Source: Acidimicrobiales bacterium (GTDB lineage Bacteria; Actinomycetota; Acidimicrobiia; Acidimicrobiales; Bog-793). From it: DNA of 64,000 bases. Position 1 is the stretch's first letter. Every line of letters starts with the position of its first letter. A model generated the notes under the pieces. The model did not search any database. It saw nothing but the letters and a program-made list of their open reading frames with translations, and was not told the origin of the DNA. Made by a program: the position numbers and the translations under genes. Of this stretch, positions 59,397 through 64,000 are shown piece after piece. The DNA is taken from NCBI GenBank assembly GCA_050015175.1, contig JBEKBX010000015.1, positions 76,463-140,462 on the forward strand, in the 5' to 3' direction.

Positions 59397-61583
59397 TCAT
59401 GGCCGCCGACGTTCAGCGTGGGCACGAAGGGGGTCGGCACCAGGAGAGGCGGCATCAGCCGATCGTTCTGATCCAGTGATCGAGGCAAGAGTGGAGCGCC
59501 ATGCGTCGCGCCAGTGTCGCCGCTTCTCATCGTCGGCCAGCGCCGCGTCGACCGCCGTGGAGCCTTCGAACGGCCACAGCGGTTCACCTCCCGATGCCAA
59601 GCAGAGCCGAGCGAGAAACGAACGCCGCACCAGGTCTCGAAGTCGATCGACGGCGAAGGCCATCGCCACGCCAAAAGGGGCATCGTCAGCGACGGTGGAT
59701 ACCGAGTAGATCCACTTGCGCAGATCTGACTCCTTGATGCGTTCACCATGCACGAGCCTCGATCGCACCCCATACAGAGAGCTCACATCGCGGTAGATAG
59801 CCAGGCCCGGATCGTCGTCGGTCCACAGCAACGCCGCCGCACGCGTCCGGAGACGATGACCCACCGCTTCGGTGTCGGATTCCGATCCGGTGAGGATCGC
59901 TTCGAGGGCCGTCGCCAGGTCGATGACTCTTTCGAAGTCGTCGCCGGTCTCGTGCGACCGGTTGTAGTTGAGCAGCGCCACGTCGAAGGAGGTCGCCACC
60001 ATTCCTTCCCGCTTGACCACGGCGGCATCGAGGAGCTCACCGAGGCCGGCGAACGCTGCGGCGTCGGAGTCCTGCAGCTCCACGACTCTCTGCATGCGGA
60101 TGTCGGGGATGATGGCCTTCTCGAACCGGCGGTACATCGGAGAGACCCGCGAGACGAGCGTCGAGGCTCCGATCAGCTGCCAACACGATTGGTACGTTCC
60201 AGCGAACAGGAGTCGGGCGAGTAGTAGGAACCGGTCGATGCGCCCCGCCAACGTCCGGGCCACGCCGTAGATGTCTCCATCGTCGGTGGTGCTGCTCGTG
60301 ACGAGGAGAGAGCTTGGCGGGTCGTAGAACCTTGGGATCTGGCGGTTGAGGGCCGATGGCCCTGCCGGTATCAGGTGGATCGATCGGCGGAGGAGATCGT
60401 CCGACTCTCCCGAGTCCGGATAGATCGTGACGTCTCCGAGCGTCACCGGAGATCCGGTGGCGGGAGCGATCTGCGAAGCGGCACGACAGCAGTTCATCGT
60501 GTACTCGCTCGCATCGAGCACGCTCAAGAGCTCATCCACTGATGCCTGGACGGGCGGAGTGTCCGCTTCAAACACATCGTCTCCGGCATCCGAACATCGG
60601 ACGACGCAACCCTCGAGGAAACTGAAGACGTACATGTTCGAGAATTCGGGATGCGGCTTCGTCATCGGATCAGAGAAACGCTGCGGATAAGCGATGTCGA
60701 GCGCCTCTTCCAACGCGGAGAACTCCGTACCGCTGACGTCTGCGCCTGAGTAGTCGCGACCCACGTCGATGAAGGGGTGGTGCCTTGGCGGGGGCACGAT
60801 GTGATCCTGCGCAAGGGCTGGGAACGCGGCTCCGATGAACGAGTGCGCCAGAGCGGCGATCACATCCCGTTGACTGACCGGGTCGTGTGCGCCGCGCTTC
60901 CCACTTTGATACTCCCAGATCTCATGATCGAGAGCCCGTGGGTCGACGTCAAAGTGCTGGGCCGCCGCTTCGACGAGGGCCACGGCCCGGTCCGCTTCGA
61001 CGGTGCGTTCTTCGACGCCGAGCGCGCTCGCGACGAACCGCAGCACCATTCGATCCGGCTTGACGTCTCGTAGCCCAACCAGCATCCGCAGGTACCCCCA
61101 CGAGATGCCTGAGCGCTGACCGGGAACGGAGAGCCATGCTTGCTTCGCCTGATCTCCCAACGCCGAGCCGTCGGCGTCGCGAAACTGCGCCGCAGTGTCA
61201 ATGCCCAGATCATGAAGAGCCAGAGCGGCGCGGTGAACCGCATCCCCCTTACGAACGGCATCGGGCTGGGTCGAGACACGGTTACGAGTACCGACCTCGT
61301 CGATGAAGCCATCGACCCCGCCCACTGCTTCGTAGAAGGCGAGCAGTTCGGGCAGGCCGTCTTCTTCGGGATTCCCCTGCCAACGTCGCCGTCCCCGGTA
61401 TCGTTCGACGACCCCTCTCGCTATCACGTAGCGCGCGTTGATGGACCAGATGGCATCGACCACCGAGAGGGCGAGACCATCCGGATAACCGGTGAAGGGT
61501 TTCCAGTCTGCGGATGGAGCAAGGCGTTCTCGACAGGCGCTGACCATCTTGTCGATGTCGGGCTGCCCAACCTGCTCAGGCAT
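59397..61583 (-). CDS. 728-aa protein with HhH-like N-terminal region and C-terminal HEPN-like (Rx4H) domain
   Basis: GGGGAG lies 6 nt upstream of ATG 61583. 'VPGQRSGISWGYLRMLVGLRDVKPDRMVLRFV'. C-terminal 'LATALEAIL...HRLRTRAAALL...LYGVRSRLVHG' (RSRLVH at 59748-59765). Confidence 0.6.
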   Translation of the reverse strand: MPEQVGQPDIDKMVSACRERLAPSADWKPFTGYPDGLALSVVDAIWSINARYVIARGVVERYRGRRRWQGNPEEDGLPELLAFYEAVGGVDGFIDEVGTRNRVSTQPDAVRKGDAVHRAALALHDLGIDTAAQFRDADGSALGDQAKQAWLSVPGQRSGISWGYLRMLVGLRDVKPDRMVLRFVASALGVEERTVEADRAVALVEAAAQHFDVDPRALDHEIWEYQSGKRGAHDPVSQRDVIAALAHSFIGAAFPALAQDHIVPPPRHHPFIDVGRDYSGADVSGTEFSALEEALDIAYPQRFSDPMTKPHPEFSNMYVFSFLEGCVVRCSDAGDDVFEADTPPVQASVDELLSVLDASEYTMNCCRAASQIAPATGSPVTLGDVTIYPDSGESDDLLRRSIHLIPAGPSALNRQIPRFYDPPSSLLVTSSTTDDGDIYGVARTLAGRIDRFLLLARLLFAGTYQSCWQLIGASTLVSRVSPMYRRFEKAIIPDIRMQRVVELQDSDAAAFAGLGELLDAAVVKREGMVATSFDVALLNYNRSHETGDDFERVIDLATALEAILTGSESDTEAVGHRLRTRAAALLWTDDDPGLAIYRDVSSLYGVRSRLVHGERIKESDLRKWIYSVSTVADDAPFGVAMAFAVDRLRDLVRRSFLARLCLASGGEPLWPFEGSTAVDAALADDEKRRHWRDAWRSTLASITGSERSADAASPGADPLRAHAERRRP

Positions 61584-61869
61584 CGTCGACTCCCCTGAAC
61601 GCGACGTCCTCAGCCACGTCCGGATCGATCGCAGCGCGATTCTGGCCCACCGCCCCATCCTCCTTTCCACTTTGCCGGGAACGGTGCCCTCGGGGTGGGA
61701 CGGCAGCCTTGTCCGGGGGTCTGTGCGGAGGGTACAGCGGCGACCCGGAGGCCAGCGGATCGACTGGAGCGACGCTCGTGGATCCGGAGGACCTCCCGGC
61801 CACGACGTCTCCGTCGTGCTTCCTCACCCGACCGAGCTGCCACTGACCGGCGGGATCTCCCGTGCTCGT

Positions 61870-61898
61870 ACCTATGTCCAGAAATCCTGGACATAGGT
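61870..61898. promoter_or_regulatory. Perfect 12-bp inverted repeat (candidate operator) in the divergent intergenic region
   Basis: ACCTATGTCCAG-AAATC-CTGGACATAGGT, 14 nt upstream of GTG 61912 and followed by TATGCT. Confidence 0.6.
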
Positions 61899-61911
61899 GT
61901 ATGCTAGGTCC

Positions 61912-64000
61912 GTGCCGTCCGCCGCCGAGATGCTCCAGTCAACGCTGGGAGAGACCGCCTACCTGGCGCTGAAGGCTCTGGCTGAGAGCCGGAAACCCCT
62001 GTCCGGGCGCCAGATGGCCACCGCATTAAGCGTTGCACCGACCACGGCGACGGGGGCTCTGAGGAGGCTCCGGGACGCCGGGTTCGCCCTGTCCAGTCAG
62101 GAGGGGAGGGCGACCCGTTGGCACCTCAACACCGACAACCCTGTGGTGCGCGCCTGGCTCGAGGGAGAACGAAGCGAGGTGAGCCCTGCAATGGCAGCTG
62201 ACGGGATGAGCCCGTACGCCACCGGGGGCGGGGGTGTGACCTTCGAGCGGAAGGTCGGCGTCCAGTATCTCGCCAACCTCCTGCTCGGGGACGCAGCCCC
62301 GGAGCTGGGCGACGGTCGGTTCGTGGTGAGCGTGTCTTTCCAGCAGGCGCCGGAGCATTCGGTCGATGATCTCGTCGTCCGCGCTGCTCGCGAGGGGGAA
62401 CCGGAGCCGTCGCTCGTGCTCGCCGTCGCGGTGCGCCGTGCTCCCAACCTCGTTCAGAGCAACGAGGACTCCCGGAAGCTGATCCGTTCCTTCATGAACG
62501 AGATCGTCAACGCGCCTGCCGAAGGTCCCGAGCATCGAGTGGCGCTCGTCGTTGCAGGCACCCAGGATCACGCCAAACAAATCGCCACCCTCGCCGGCCT
62601 TGCATCCAATCAGGTGGAAGCGTCGAGCTTTTTCGGCCTTGTCGGAACTCTCGGGCGATTCAGCGCCGACATTCGTGGTCGCCTGGATCAGGTCCAAGCA
62701 CTGGTGAGGCTTGCACTTCAGGACCTTGGCATCGCCGACCCTGCCGAGGAGGTCGTCCGGCAACGCACGTGGGAATTGCTGTCCCGCCTCACCGTGCTGA
62801 TGCCGCGCCTTGAGGCACCGGACGAGGCGGACTGGGGAGCGATCGCGAATGCCCTGACCCGCATCGCTCGCGGAGGTGATCTGTACGGCGCGTCCCGGCT
62901 GCGCGACCGGCTGGTTGCACTCGCATCCGAGTATCCACAGAACGCCGCCTCGGTCGATCGGAGCCTGCTTCGGCGTCAAGCCCACGAAGTCCTCGACTCC
63001 ACTGCCCGCCACCACGTGCAGGGACGGGGAGCCCTCGACCACCTTCACGCACGCGCCATCGCAGCGGTGCGCAGCGAGATCACCTCCGAGGATCGCAGTC
63101 GCGTCGTCCATTTGGATCGAACCGACGTGTCGGCCGAACTCGCTGCAGTCATCGCATCCTCACCGCCGGCTGTGGTTGCGCACGGCGACTCTGGAGTTGG
63201 GAAGAGCGCTGTCGTGGTTCAGACGGCGACGGACGCCGCCACCAACACTCCCGACTCGACGCAGGCGTTGTGTATCAACCTGCGTCACCTCCCCAAGACG
63301 AGTCTTGAGTTCGAGTCGTACCTCGGTGCGCCACTTGCAACGCTCCTCGCAGAACTCAGTGCTCCTCAACGGCTTCTCGTCATCGACGGCGCCGATGCGA
63401 TCTCCGAGGGTATGAGCGACGTCTTCCAGTACGTCGTTGATGCTGCGGTGACCGGCGACGTGACGATCGTCGCTGTGACCGCGACCGAGAGCAAACAGCT
63501 TGCGCGCGACATGATCTCCGACCGGGTGAACGGACAGGTCGTCGACTTTCCCGTGTCGCCCCTGACGGATACCGAGATCGACACCATCGTCGCCGTGTTC
63601 GGCGAATTGGCTCCGCTGGCAGCCAACCCGCGCTCGCGAGATCTGTTGCGTCGGCCGATCGTGGCGGACCTGTTGGTACGGGGAGGCCCATCAGGAACCC
63701 CGTTGAGCGACGCAGAAGCGATGGAGCAGGTCTGGTCGGGGTTGGTCCGCCATCGCGGGCAATCCGAACATGGAACGCCCGACGCGCGTGACCTTGCGCT
63801 GTTGCGCCTGGCGGATCTGGCGCTCTGCGGCGGAGACGCGGTCACGGTCGTCGGTGCCATCGACCCGGCAGCACTCAACGGTCTCCGGCGAGACGGGGTG
63901 TTGCGGACGCCTGACGACTCATGGGCTATTGGACCCGAGTTCGCTCACGACGAACTGCGGCGCTATGCGATCGCGCGTCTTCTTCTGGCGCCGGGCAACT
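61912..64000 (+). CDS. wHTH - nuclease-like - P-loop (STAND/NACHT-like) NTPase, 3' end outside window
   Basis: Frame 1 is open from the stop at 61894 to the window end (checked codon by codon; absent from the track because there is no stop). wHTH 'LSGRQMATALSVAPTTATGALRRLRDAGF'. Walker A 'GDSGVGKS' (63184-63207). Walker B 'LLVIDGAD' (63373-63396). Alternative starts at 61897 and 61930. Confidence 0.75.
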   Translation, partial: MPSAAEMLQSTLGETAYLALKALAESRKPLSGRQMATALSVAPTTATGALRRLRDAGFALSSQEGRATRWHLNTDNPVVRAWLEGERSEVSPAMAADGMSPYATGGGGVTFERKVGVQYLANLLLGDAAPELGDGRFVVSVSFQQAPEHSVDDLVVRAAREGEPEPSLVLAVAVRRAPNLVQSNEDSRKLIRSFMNEIVNAPAEGPEHRVALVVAGTQDHAKQIATLAGLASNQVEASSFFGLVGTLGRFSADIRGRLDQVQALVRLALQDLGIADPAEEVVRQRTWELLSRLTVLMPRLEAPDEADWGAIANALTRIARGGDLYGASRLRDRLVALASEYPQNAASVDRSLLRRQAHEVLDSTARHHVQGRGALDHLHARAIAAVRSEITSEDRSRVVHLDRTDVSAELAAVIASSPPAVVAHGDSGVGKSAVVVQTATDAATNTPDSTQALCINLRHLPKTSLEFESYLGAPLATLLAELSAPQRLLVIDGADAISEGMSDVFQYVVDAAVTGDVTIVAVTATESKQLARDMISDRVNGQVVDFPVSPLTDTEIDTIVAVFGELAPLAANPRSRDLLRRPIVADLLVRGGPSGTPLSDAEAMEQVWSGLVRHRGQSEHGTPDARDLALLRLADLALCGGDAVTVVGAIDPAALNGLRRDGVLRTPDDSWAIGPEFAHDELRRYAIARLLLAPGN

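Noticed and set aside
62026-63111. 361-aa minus-strand ORF (and 63366-63878) in the last 2 kb
   Set aside because: The plus-strand frame 1 is open for over 2 kb with strong third-position G/C bias and carries wHTH and Walker A/B motifs. The minus ORFs have shadow-like composition.

Overview
Visibly GC-rich, actinobacterium-like chromosomal segment. All family assignments come from motif recognition by eye; no database search was run. Layout: (1) 1-18.8 kb is a late flagellar locus. flhB (partial)-flhA-flhF-like-flgN-like-flgK-flgL-fliW on + converge on fliC-fliD-fliS-orf-glycosyltransferase on -. A 1310-aa multidomain glycosyltransferase and a sigma-28-type fliA follow. (2) 19.6-44.1 kb is a housekeeping block, almost all on -: pheST, trmH-like, rplT-rpmI-infC, HAD/GNAT, hisG, ribH-ribBA-ribD, mog, rpe, fmt, def, ribF, truB-rbfA-infB, ylxR-nusA-rimP. 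(3) 44.3-51.7 kb holds an ECF sigma module, a SIMPL protein, membrane proteins, an IS607-family tnpA-tnpB element inserted in a small regulator gene, and fabI. (4) tRNA-Cys (51953-52027) plus a tyrosine integrase open an accessory island that runs to the window end. The island carries a GntR regulator, two Asp-box propeller proteins and a PASTA-like lipoprotein. It ends in a divergent pair (728-aa HEPN-like protein / wHTH-P-loop NTPase) separated by a perfect palindrome; this pair is my top candidate for an undescribed, defence-like system. A second recurring oddity: in at least three genes the conserved N-terminus lies upstream of the first ATG/GTG/TTG, and an ACG codon sits exactly where the start is expected.
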